Source of the DNA: Lama guanicoe
Lineage: Eukaryota
DNA length: 64,000 bases
Direction of reading: 5' to 3'
NCBI GenBank assembly: GCA_013239625.1
Contig: MU053758.1
Coordinates: forward strand, 3,349,854 to 3,413,853
Part shown: positions 37,311 to 49,347 of the stretch, piece by piece
Numbering within the stretch: position 1 is the first letter of the stretch
Layout of the letters: every line of letters begins with the position of its first letter
Program-made: the position numbers and the translations under genes
Notes under the pieces: generated by a model
Told to the model about the DNA's origin: nothing
What the model saw: the letters and a program-made list of their open reading frames with translations, nothing else
Databases searched by the model: none

Positions 37311-38589
37311 ACATGCTTATTATTAAAAAACTTCATGTAACATATGAAAGTGTAAGAAAAAAGATTTAAAAAAACTAATTTCAGCACACAGATGGCCTTT
37401 GGTAAAATTTAGTGAACATTATTTCAGATACTCTCTGTATATATTGGTAAACGTATGAATGGCCAGAGTAATTTTAGAAAAATGAACTCATATGGTTTAT
37501 TCTATTTTAGAAGAATCAGGTTAATTAAAAATTTAGTTGACAAATAAGAAACTAAAATAAATTCACTTTAGTTACAGGTTTTCTATAGGATTTTTAAACT
37601 TCCATCATATTCTTCTAATTTTATAATTTTTAAGGGTAGTAAAATGACCTGTAAATGCCATTTGTGGAATCACAAAAGAGGGAAGACCAACAGCAGGTCA
37701 TTTGATGCAGCTTTCTGCTTTTCAACTGCAAATTGCTAAGCTAATTTTTAAACGATGTTTAAAGAACGCAAGGGATAAAGGCTCTACTGTGCTCTCAGTA
37801 GATGTCTAACATTTATTCATCCTTTTGGTCACTGAGCATTTCACCTGTGATAGGGTTTCATAATTTTTTTTTTGTATTTCTATGGAGTTCAAATATTTCA
37901 ACACCTAAATTTTTCTTCTCTGCATGACTTTCCAGCTAAAAGATTTGTGATTTTCACATTAGTTTCGTCCTTCTAATAACCTGAGATGTCGTCATGAAGA
38001 GGGAGTGGGTATTTTGCAGGAGAGGTTGGGTGGTGAGTGGATGAATGGGGTTCCATGTGGGTGTATCAGGTATCAGAAGAGAGCCCTGTCAACAGTTAGC
38101 TGTCATTAACTGGGAGCACAGGTGTGTTTGTGCCTTTTAAAGGCAACCGTTCATCACTGAAGCATTCCATAGGTACCCTCTTCTTTATAGTGACAGAAGA
38201 ATGTTCAAAACAATCCTCAAATAAATTTTTACTATGCATGACATTTCAGAACAGGTGAGTAGTAGATCTTCAGGCAAAATTGCTGTGTCATTATCCTATG
38301 ATTTGAAAGGTTACATAAAAAGGCTAGACATTTATAGAAATAAAACACAGCTTCTGTAGGGACACCAGGCAGACATTTTACAAGTGCCTAAGTTTATCAA
38401 ACTATGGCCAAATAAAAGCAAAATTTTCTCATATTTTGATTTTTCCTGAGAAAAAGGACCAACAGCTAGAAGGTTTAAGTTAAGAGGTAGTCAGCGTGGT
38501 ATTTCAGACTAGGAGGGGAGGGCAAGTCAACTTAAAGTTGCTTCCAAGTAGTTGCTGTATATATTGACTGACAAACTGGGAAAAGTAAT

Positions 38590-38592
<3 letters not shown>

Positions 38593-38625
<33 letters not shown>
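38593..38625 (+). repeat. (CA)n microsatellite
   Basis: Direct observation, ~16 units. Confidence 0.95.
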
Positions 38626-38627
<2 letters not shown>

Positions 38628-41099
38628 CAAAAAAGAATTTTAAGACTACAGAAGGAAGTTTTCTCAAATGTAGGTAATGAGACAACTATGTTGAAAACCC
38701 TTCTTAATTTGATTTTTAAAAACAGGAAAGAATTAGGTAAGGGCAGGGGTGGTTAGGGCCTTAGAAGTGACCCCAAACGAATAGCACTGGGGACCTTAAG
38801 AGTTAGGGAATTTGAAGAAGAGAAGATAGCAGAGTAAAAAAGCAAAAGCAAATTTCAATTAAATAAGATCTGTATTGACAGAAACCTAAGTCAGTAAGTA
38901 TTTATTCAGGTCCTAATCTGTAATGGCGTATTTGGAAGCAATTTGGAACATTTAAAAAGTGAAAGACATGTTTGCTGCGCACACTGTACATCAAGCAACT
39001 GTCTAGTTGTCCCAGCACTTAATTGTAAGGAAGCTTCAAAGGCCCAGGCTAAAGCTGACTCATTTTTAATTTCTCAATACTTCCAGTTTATAGAGGGCTG
39101 TGGCAGGCTCTCCATCAATGTTTCTCAACCTTGGTCTTGGGAAGAATATATAGTAGTGGATTTTGTGGAATAGACTGAGCTAGAAATGAGAGGAAAAAGA
39201 AAGATGGCTGTGGCAGATCTAGTTAAAAAAGACAAGCTCTCTCACAAAGTGGATACTTAAGGGACTGTCATGGTTGAGAAGGAGCAAGAGGTCCCAGGTA
39301 ATAAGAGTTGGAAAGAATGGCTGGAGAAGAAAGACAAATCCTATGAAATTTCCCATATTCTGGATTTTGCTGGTTGCATCCCCGCGGTATCTTTTAACAT
39401 GTTCTTCTGACTCGTTTTTCTTATAAGGTGATAGTGGGATCTAATGGCTTTCTTAGTTTCAGGTTTGGCATTTTTGGCAAGAATACTTCATAGGGAGTGT
39501 TGTATTCTTCCTGTTATTTGTGCTGTAACAAAATGCCTTATATCAACCTTGCTTCATCATGGATGCTTAAGCTCTTGTAGCTTCTGCATCCATTGGGAGA
39601 GTTTCCCAACTGGAAAAAACAAGACATTGCTTCAATTTAAGCTGAGATTTTGAACTTGGAATTCAGCGGATAGACTTCAGGTAGTTAGTGAAGTCTCTAA
39701 AACTATATGCAAAATCTTCTCTACACGTGTTCATATGTTTACTCTTCTGAGGGGAGATTATAGGTTCCATTAACTTTTCAAAAGCACGTATAAATAGAAA
39801 AAGTTAGGATCCAACGATGTAAAACTTTAAAGGTTCCCTCTTTCTCTTGGCCTCTAGTTACCAATGAAATGTTTAGGATTTTCATGTTTTATAGGAACAA
39901 ACTATTGGACTTTGAAATGAACCACATTTATCATCTGTTTCCTGCCCATCATTGTACAGATAGGAAACAAAAGAAGGGAAATACTTCTGGCAAGAGCTCA
40001 CGGCCGGTTAATAGCGCAGCCAGGACTGGCAGCAGGATCCGTCACATTTCAGAACAGCTCCTTATTCTCGCTGCTTTGTTATTTACAAATGGCTAGCCAT
40101 GTTTAATTATTTATAGTACTTTTTTTCTCCAGCTCCCAAACTTAATTCACTTAATTATTTTATTGACAGTTTACTTTAGAGGTGCTTTGATTCTGTGACT
40201 AGAGACTAATAAGACATGGTTCCTGTCTTCAAAGGTCCTTCAGTCTAGGCGGGGGTTGGTTTTTTGTGTTTTGTTTTTGTTTTTTTCCAAATTCAGTTCT
40301 CTGCCAAATGACACAACCTGTTATGTGAGGGTCTGCTCTGGGGTGCTTAGGAGCAGTTACCGATCTCTACGCATCCGTACCTTGAACTCAGAGTTGCTGG
40401 TTCTCAGGGAGACAGGGCAATTCACCTACTACTGGCAGAGAAAGCCTCATTTTCCTGTTTGTTGGGATCTTTTCACCTTTTAGCAATTAAGTCATCATCA
40501 TTTGAGTGACATATCTGTCATTGAATACCTTTGTGTGGAGCTTGGGAAGAATGGGTCAGCCTTTCATATGATGCTGGGAGTTGAACCCTGTTAATCAGTA
40601 TCACCTTCAAGAAAGGAGGCCTGGCTCCTTCCTTTTTCTAACTTCCTTTTCCAAACCTGTCAGAGAAGGTAAAAGCTGTGCTAGCCAGATAACTTCTTTG
40701 AGAGGAGTGCCAGGACAGTCTGGTTTAAACCTGGCTTCAGAAAGATCCTGAAGTCCTCCTGCACTACCTTTGGGACACCCCCAGGACCGCTGGGGTGATT
40801 TTGTTCAGTTAAGGCCACAGAAGGAAAACAGGTCCTCGCTGGTGGGGGAGGGGCTGCTAATGCAAGACCAAAATGATTTCACTCTTCTTTTTTCTCCTTA
40901 TTATCATCTTAATTTGGAGAACATGATAGGTAATCAAATAAATCCCTTACACAGAGGCTGTTGTCACTGATGATCCCTGAACCCACACTCTAGCTTTAGT
41001 GCCTACTGGGTGTGACTGTCTTTTGCCATTTAAGGAGATGTTTTGAGTAACTGTGGAGCTGGTTTGTTGAGCCATCATCTCATGCAGTTTTCTAAAATC

Positions 41100-42690
41100 T
41101 TTTTTTTAAATTGAAGTATAGTTGACTTACAGTATTATATTAGTTTCAGGTGTACAACATAGTGGTATGATTTTTTGGTAGATTATGCACCATACAAAGT
41201 TATTATAATATTGTTGACTATGTTCCCTGTGCTCTACATTACATCCCTGTGACTGATTTTCTAACCAGTAATTTGTGCCTCTTACTCCTCTTCACACGCT
41301 TCGCCCATCCTCTGATTCCTCTCCCCTCTGGCAACCGCCAGCTTGTTCTCTGTGTCGGTGAGTTTATGTTTTGTTATGTTTATTTGTTTGTTTGTTAGAT
41401 TCCACATATAAGTAAAAACATACAATATTTTTCTTCCTGTCCGACTTATTTCACTGAGCAAAATACCCTCTGGGTCCATCCATGTTGTGGTAAATGGGAG
41501 GATTTCATTCTTTTTTTGTAGCTGGATCATATTCCATTGTGTACATGTGGCACATTTTCTTTCTTTATTCATCTGTTGATGGGCATTTAGGTTGCTTCTG
41601 TATCTTGGCTATTGTAAATAATGCCCCAGTGAACAGCGGGGTGCCTATATCTTTTCAAATTAGTGTTTTCATTTTCTTTGGATAAATACCTGGGAGTGGA
41701 ATTACAGATAATACAGTAGTTCTATTTTTAATTTTTTGAAGAAACTCTACTGTTTTCCTTAGTGGCTGCACCGATTTACATTCCCACTAGCAGTGCACGA
41801 GGGTTCCCTTTCCTCCACTTTCCCAGCAACACTTGTTATATCTTGTCTTTTTGATAACTGCCGTTCTAACAGGTGTGAGGTGATCTCTCACTGAGGCTTT
41901 GATTTGCATTTCCCTGATGATTAGTGATGCTCAGGATCTTTTCCTGTATCCGTTGGTCGTTTGTGTGTCTTTTTGGGAAAATGTCAGTTCAGGTCTTCTG
42001 CCCACTTAACTGGATTGTTTGTTTTTTGATGTTGAGTTGTATGAGTTCTTTATATGTTTCGAATATTAGCCCCTATCAGACATATCATTTGCAAATATCT
42101 TCTCCCATTCAGTTAAGTAAGTTGCCTTTTCATTTTGTTGATAGTTTTCTTCACTGTGCAAAAAAAGCTTTTTAGTTTGATGTAGTCTCATTTGTTTTTG
42201 CTTTTGTCGCTCTTGCTTGAGGAGACAGAGCCAAAAAAATATTGCTTAGACTGGTGTCAAAGAGAGTACTGCCTATGGCTTTCTTCTAAGAATTTTATGA
42301 TTTTAGGTCTTGCATTTAAGCCTTTAATCCATTTGGAGTTTATTTTTGTATATGGTGTGAAAAAAAGGGTCTCATTTCATTGTTTTGTGTATGGCTGTCC
42401 AGTTATCCCAATACCACTTATTGAAGAGACTTTCCCCCAAGGCATATTCTTGCCTCCTTTGTTGTAGGTTAATTGACCATACGTGCATGGTTTATTTCTG
42501 GACTTTGTATCCTGTTCCATTGATCAGTGTGTCTATTTTTGTGCCAGAGCCATGCTGTTTTGATTACTGTAGCTTTGTAGCATAGTTTGAAGTCAAGGAG
42601 TATGATATCTCCTGCTTTGTTCTTCTTTCTCAAGATTGCTTTGGCTATTTGGGGTCTTTTGTGTTTCCATATACATTTTGGGATTATTTG
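41100..42690 (-). mobile_element. L1 (L1MA-like) 3' ~1.6 kb
   Basis: AATTGAAGTATAGTTGAC tail end; degraded ORF2 C-terminal region (CATTCCCACTAGCAGTG, GATTTGCATTTCCCTGATG, TGATTACTGTAGCTTTGTAG). Confidence 0.9.
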
Positions 42691-43794
42691 TTGAAATCTT
42701 GTCTGAGTAGCTTTTACCCATTAGCCCAGTGTGGTTCCTGTTGTGGCAGGTTCAGTGTCCAGACGCCTGTGGGAGGGCCCTTACACACCAGAATTCTTCC
42801 CCATGTAGCGGTTGTTGGTGCCTGAAATTCAACCATTTATTGTGTTTGGTTCACCAAAATATTACTTCCTATTTAAAAAAAAAAGCTTAATATGTTTGCT
42901 TTTTCATTCATTCATCCATTCATTGAGCAAATATTTATTAAACACTTCATCTAAGTGACTGGAGCACAGAGAACAAGGGGGAAAGTAGGATGAGGTGAGC
43001 TGGCAGTACACACAGGTGCGGGATTGCTCCAGGATTTCTCAACCCTGCTAAGTATTTTGATCTTCAGCATGAGAGCCATGGAAAATCACTGAGAGATGTT
43101 AATCAGGGATGTGCCATGCAGTGATCATATTTGGATTTTAAAAACGTAGCCCTGGCTGCCTTGTGGAGAATGAATGAGGGCAAGAGTAAGTGCGTGGGGA
43201 TCAGCTGGGAGGCTGTTTCACCTGTTCAGAAGAAAAAGACAATGATAGTTTATTAATTACTTTTTGTAGAAGAATGCTTTGGAGAAATGTACAAAGATAT
43301 TAGAGGAGCGGCACAGCATTAATTAGTTTTCTGCCCTGAGAAAGAAGACATTGTAATAAAATTCACTCTGTCTCTGAGCTATACACCCGCCGTCTGCCCC
43401 TGGTAAGTTTTGAATGATTCATGCCTCAAGTTCCTCCTTCTTAAGATGAGCAGTACAGAAAATTCACATAGAGAACACAGAACACTCTGGTACATTGGAA
43501 GCACTCAATAAATGTTAATTGTTGTTATTGTTGCTATAAAAAGATGACTCCAGAAGGTTATGGAGCATATTTACGTCTTCAAACTATAAGTTAAGGTATA
43601 AGTCTAAATATATACTATCTTTACATCAGTTATGTGCCTTGAGGCTTGAAGTACAGCACGGAAATTTGATTTCATGTTGAAACGTGATTTAAACACTCAT
43701 GACTTTGTGTATGTCTATCTGCAGTTTTGATCTTGGTGTTTTATGAAGAAAATACATGACCCCCCCAATTTTCCTTTGTTTTAATTGTAGGCAG

Positions 43795-44335
43795 ATATGG
43801 TAGGCAGAATAATCCCCCTCCCCAAGATATCTATCTCCTCATACCTAGAACCTGTGCATACGTATGTTACATGGCAAAGGGGAATTAAAGATGCAGACAG
43901 AATTAAGGTTGCTAGTAAGCTGGCCTTGCTTGGGAGGTTTTCTCGAATTATTCAGGTGGGTCTGATGTAATCACACGTGTCTTTTTAAAGTGGAAGAGGG
44001 AGAAGGAAGAGTCAGTCAGTGTCAGGGAGGAGATATGGTGAAGGCAGGGCTTAGAGTGATGAGGCTGCTGACTTTGAAGATGGAAGGGGGACACAAGCCA
44101 AGGAATGTGGGAAGCTCCAAAAGGCAGGGAAACGGATTCTCTTTGAGGGTCTCTAGGAAGGAACACAGTCCTGCTGAAATCTTGGTTTTAGCCTGGTGAG
44201 ACTCCAGACCACACACTTACAGTCAATTACTCTATAACAAAGGAGGCAAGAATATGTCATGGGGAAAAATTCTCTTGTTTTGAGCCACTAAGTTTGTGCT
44301 AATATTTTGCATTGCCAATAAAAAAAATTAATATA
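43795..44335 (+). mobile_element. MLT1D-like MaLR solo LTR
   Basis: GGTAGGCAGAATAAT...CATGGCAAAGGGGAATTAA...GCCAAGGAATGTGGG...AGCCACTAAGTTTGTG. Confidence 0.8.
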
Positions 44336-46817
44336 TGTGTGTGTGTGTGTGCACCTGTAACATACAAATAGGAACTCTAGCAGTTGATTTTTTGGCTGAA
44401 GATTAAATTAAGGTGGATAGAATATTTTTCCATGTCACTTACAAAACATATATTTTCAACACACATATGTAGCCTGGTTTTTAAAATTATTATCATAACA
44501 GCAAAGATGGTTGCAGTGACTCTTTCATAAACCCTACATTATCCAAATTATAGGCATATTTTTGATTTGCAAATTAATTTATGCAATATTTCTCAGAAAA
44601 TTTGAATTTAAATCACATTCACTTGAACATTTCACAAGTGATTCTGTTGGAAAGTATAAAATTACGAAAAAAAACCCAAGGCTTTTCTTGAAGATCCAGG
44701 GCATACATGGGTACCATGATTACGGTGGATGTGAATATTGGTCTTTTATTTACTCCTGAGCCCATCTTCCTCCTGATCTCACCCTCCGTCCACTTTTTGT
44801 CTCCTCCGTGGACCTTTCTCTCAGGTAGACCTGAACCATGAGTTTCTCTGTCACTAACTGCTGTTTACTGCATAGGCTTTATATCATTAAAATGAAGAGA
44901 TGGTGCCATAACTGGGACACTGGGCATCACACCCGCCGTCTACTCCCATTGAACATTCTCTTCTACTTGCTGAGCTTCAGATGACATCCTGGCTTACCTT
45001 ACTCTGTGGCCACAAGAGCAAACCTATTTTCCTCCTTCTTCTTATTTTGTCTGTTTCTCCTAGTGTCTTCCCTGAATTCACGAATGTAGCCTCTTCTACT
45101 TTTACTATCTAAATCTAGTACATTTGATTCCACTTCTGATTACTAGCCCCCCAAATTTGTAGCCTTTATTAAAAGTGATTCAAGAGGTGGACTTCTAATA
45201 TCCCCTCTTATCACCCCCTTTTCCTGTTAATCTCAGGATGGATCCAAACCAGAAAGCTCCCCGCAGCGCCAGCCACCCATGATTGCTGATGAAGCCACAT
45301 GTCATCTGCTGGAAACATGAGTATCTGGCAGCCATTGTATTGACCCTGTGTTACTATGAATATGAACAGGATTAGAAATGAAATTGATACTTTCCTGATG
45401 TTTCTCCAGTCAGGACCTCTTGGTTTTATGTCTGGCGGGGTTGAACGATTCCGTGCCGGTCTTCAAACGGTAAATTTCCCAGCAACCTAGTTGCTGCGTT
45501 TAGGATGAGATGAGATGGAGAGGCTGTCCGGTTGGGCTGTCTGATCTCCGAGGCGGAGCTTTACAGGTTGACACTGCTCTGAGCAGTCACAGTGGTCCAC
45601 TTCTGTTCTCAGGCTGGTAGGTTCAGAGGCACCATAACTATGAGAAGTGAAGGGATTCTCAGGAGCTGACTGACAGTAACCTAAACAAAGTGGCAGATGA
45701 ATGAGCTGGAATGCAAATTTATTCATTTACCACTGAGAAATGATCCATTCTGCAGCACCTTCTTTGCTGTATCTGAGTATCGACGAAATTGTGATGTGGA
45801 GGTTGTTCAGCAAAACGGACCCAGAAGAGAGATGTGGCGTCTTAATAATGAACCCTCGGGAACTGCTCTGACTTTCCATGTGCTAATGTGATTGGGTTCA
45901 GCGCTGTTCTTACCAAGATTAGGCTGGATGTAAGCACCATCAAGTTGCTTTTAGGGCTTGCCTTCCTCAGAACTCCATGACAGGCACATTATTTCTCTAA
46001 CTATTTGTGCCTTTGCTTGGACTAGAGATACTGTATTGTCAAACTTGATGGTATCAGGCATTTGGAGTATAGAAGACTTGAATTTGTTCAAATTTTAACT
46101 TGACTGTTCACTAACTGTACTATGCTGAGCGAGTTCACTTCTGTAGGCCTTGGTTCACTTATTAGTAAAGTGGGACTAATATTGTTACAGGCCTGTTTTG
46201 AGGACTGAGTGAGATAATTCGAGTAAAGCACTTAGCACAGTGTCTGAGGCATAATATTCAATAGATCTTTAATTGACTACAAGAAGCATTATTCTTTCTA
46301 CTTACTGGCCATGTGGGGGGCATTGTGGCTTCGGCACATATCGAACCATTTTGATTATGTGTTGGGTGTGCTATGTCAACTCTGAGAGCTTTGCAAGAGC
46401 CTCCCTGCTGCTTTCTCTGCTGAGCCCATAACTTGACTACATGGATTTGGATAGATTGAGCCCTGAGAGGAACCTCTCTCTAGGTCTTCTGGGTCAATAC
46501 AGTTAAGTTGCTTCTCCAAGGGCCACACATATCAAGTAAGTACGTACAGTCCTCCCCAGGGTGACTCTCAAGCACCTGCTAGGCCCCCTGGGCCACCATA
46601 AGGAGCTGTAATATCTGAGATTTTTGCCCCTGGTTTAGAAGAAAGGCCTTCTTAATTTTGTGTGTGTGTGTGTGTGTGTGGTTCTTTAGAGAAAGATACA
46701 GACAAAGGGGCCCCAAACTTGGTCTGTTTCTAGGAAATAAGAAGAGAACCTTTAGCCTCAGATGTTTTCTCCTGGTACCAGTAGTATGCACAACCTGATT
46801 GTTACATTGTTCTAGAC

Positions 46818-46915
46818 AGAGAGGGAGTGGTGGTGGTGAGGAAGGAGGAGAAGATGAAGGAGGGGGAGGAAGAGGAAGAGGAAGAGGAGGAGAAGAGGGA
46901 AAGAGTGGGAGGACC
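46818..46915 (+). repeat. Purine-rich (GAG/GAA)n low-complexity tract; (TG)n at 46659-46680
   Basis: Direct observation. Confidence 0.85.
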
Positions 46916-48069
46916 AAGAAAACATGTTCAGAAACTTTGCTTCTTGTGACACCACCTTAATTAGGATATTTAGAAACACTGGCAAATTAAATGTTTTCTT
47001 ATGTGCATGTAACTGATGGCCTGTGTCTTAAAAGCATCACCTGAGAAAACCCTCCAAATGTGATGCTCAACCTGAAATGATAATTCAATTAAATAGACCT
47101 TTTCAATGTTGCCAAATAGGGTGGTTCCCATTTGAACTGAGTGCGTGGGTTGTTCCCATGAAGCTTGTGAATCATGCATGAACACACTGGCCAGGTATTT
47201 CTAGCCAGACAAATAGCCAAAGGATTCATTTCCTATAAAAGACATTTGATTACAGTGTCGAAACAATGCTCTCAGGCTTGCTTGCACTGATCCTAACCCA
47301 CGGCACTGTCTTATGGATGCTGGTTGCTTCGACCTACAAAGTCTTCCTAGCAAGGATGGCCCTCCTCCCTTCTCATCCGGACACTTCCCTTTTCTCCTGA
47401 ATCTTAAATTTCTTTCTCCCTCCCCCTCATTTGGAAAGGGCATTTGCTATTAAAATGATTTTTTTTATTGTCAAAACTTTTAATATTAAATCAAAATGAA
47501 CAGAACAGAATTAGGGTAAACCTCCTAGGTCAACGAGTAAGATACTTTTCCCTGCTGTTTGATAAATGGAAATTACAGGAATTAATAACAATGTACAGTT
47601 ATTAGCTTATAAAGAACTTAAAGGTCTTATTGATGGCATCTAATTACTTTTAAAAGACACCAGAGAGAAGTTAGAGAATGTCATTTTGGGTGTCATTTCC
47701 TATTTACAGATGCAGAAGACTAGATACAATAAGGTGAGTAATATCAGGGACTGTAAGGGAAACTAAAGATGTTAGATCAAAAAGATCCCTGGTGAGTACC
47801 CAGAGTCCAAGCACAGAGAAGTCAAATGATGCTCCTAAGAACTAGACCTGAAGGTTGCTGACTTGTGGTCCAGGGTTGTTTCCATCTGACCCAACTCCAC
47901 TGCTGTCTACTATAGATGTGATGAGGAGTGAGAAGTAGAAGAAAGAGCACTGGATTCTCTCACTGACTGGGCAGTGATGGACCAGTCACCTTTCTCTCTG
48001 AGTTGCAGTTTCTCTATCTCTGATATGAAAAAGGCTATTAGATGCTACCATAATACCTTTCTAATTTTC

Positions 48070-48560
48070 AAAGAGATATTCACACTCTCATGTTCATTGT
48101 GGCACTGTTCTCAATGGCCAAGAGAAACAACCACCTCTGTTCATTGATGGATGAATGGATAAAAAAGAAACACACACACACACAGACACACACACACGCA
48201 CAATGGAATATTATTCAACATTAAAAAAGAATGAAATCCTTCAATATGCAACAACATGGTTGAAACATTACACTGAGTAAAATAAGCCAATCACAGGACA
48301 AATACTGCATGATTACATTTACATGAAACATCTTAAATAATCAGAGTTATGGAAGAAAATAGAATAGTGGTTGCCAGGGGCTTGGAAGAAGGGAAAAGGG
48401 AACAAGTATAAAATTTCAGTTATTCAGGATAAATATGTCCTAGGGACCTGCTGTACAGCATTGTGCCTGTGGATACAAAACTGTATTGTTCACTCAAAAA
48501 TCTGTAAAGAGGGTAGATCGCATGTTAAGTGTTCTTACCACAGTCAAATAAAATTTAAAA
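48070..48560 (+). mobile_element. Old L1 (L1MA/MB-type) 3' fragment
   Basis: ATGTTCATTGTGGCACTGTTC...ATGGATGAATGGATAAA...AATGGAATATTATTCA...GAGGGTAGATCGCATGTTAAGTGTTCTTACCAC. Confidence 0.8.
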
Positions 48561-48859
48561 TAAACTTACTTAATCTATGAATTTCTGGACAAAGAGAATG
48601 ATCAGTACTAATGGCATAAAGATTCCCTGTGTGGTTTCTCACTAGAAGCAGTGACAAGCAAGCTGGAGAAAGGTGCTCTGATTGGTTGAAAATAATCTGT
48701 GGCTACTGTGAATTGCTTCCATTCTTGGAGACTGATTATATAATGTATCAGGTGCTATTTTGACTTTGTTGAGGAAATCCAAGTGCTTAAAATTTGATCT
48801 TATTATTGTGTGGCATTGAGTGAGCCACTTAACTTCTCTACCTGTTGGTCTCTTTATCT

Positions 48860-49347
48860 GTTTTGGTTTTTGATTTTTAAAAAAATGTTTATTTTTTAAA
48901 TTTATTTTTATTTTTTATACAATTTTGAAAGATTACTTTCCATTTACAGTTCTTATGACAACCTATGGAATGGGAGAAAATTTTTGCAGATGAAACCGAC
49001 AAAGGCTTGATCTCCAGAATACGTAAGCAGCTCATACAACTTAACGAGAAGCAAACAACCCCATCGAAAAATGGCCAGAAGACCTAAACAAGCAATTCTC
49101 CAAGGAAGAAATACAAATGATCAATAGGCACATGAAAAAATGCTCAGCATCACTAATTATCAGAGAAATGCAAATCAAAACTACAATGAGGTATCACCTC
49201 ACACCAGTCAGAATGGCCATCATTCAAAAGTCCACAAACGACAAATGCTGGAGAGGCTGTGGAGAAAGGGGAACCCTCCTTCACTGCTGGTGGGAATGCA
49301 GGTTGGTGCAGCCACTGTGGAAAACAGTGTGGAGATTCCTCGGAATA
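48860..49347 (-). mobile_element. 5'-inverted L1 insertion with 15-bp TSD, inside a MIR
   Basis: T-rich tail 48860-48918, short L1 3' end, then plus-oriented ORF2 piece ([30 protein letters not shown]...); TSD TTGGT(C/T)TCTTTATCT at 48845-48859 and 49348-49362. Confidence 0.8.
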
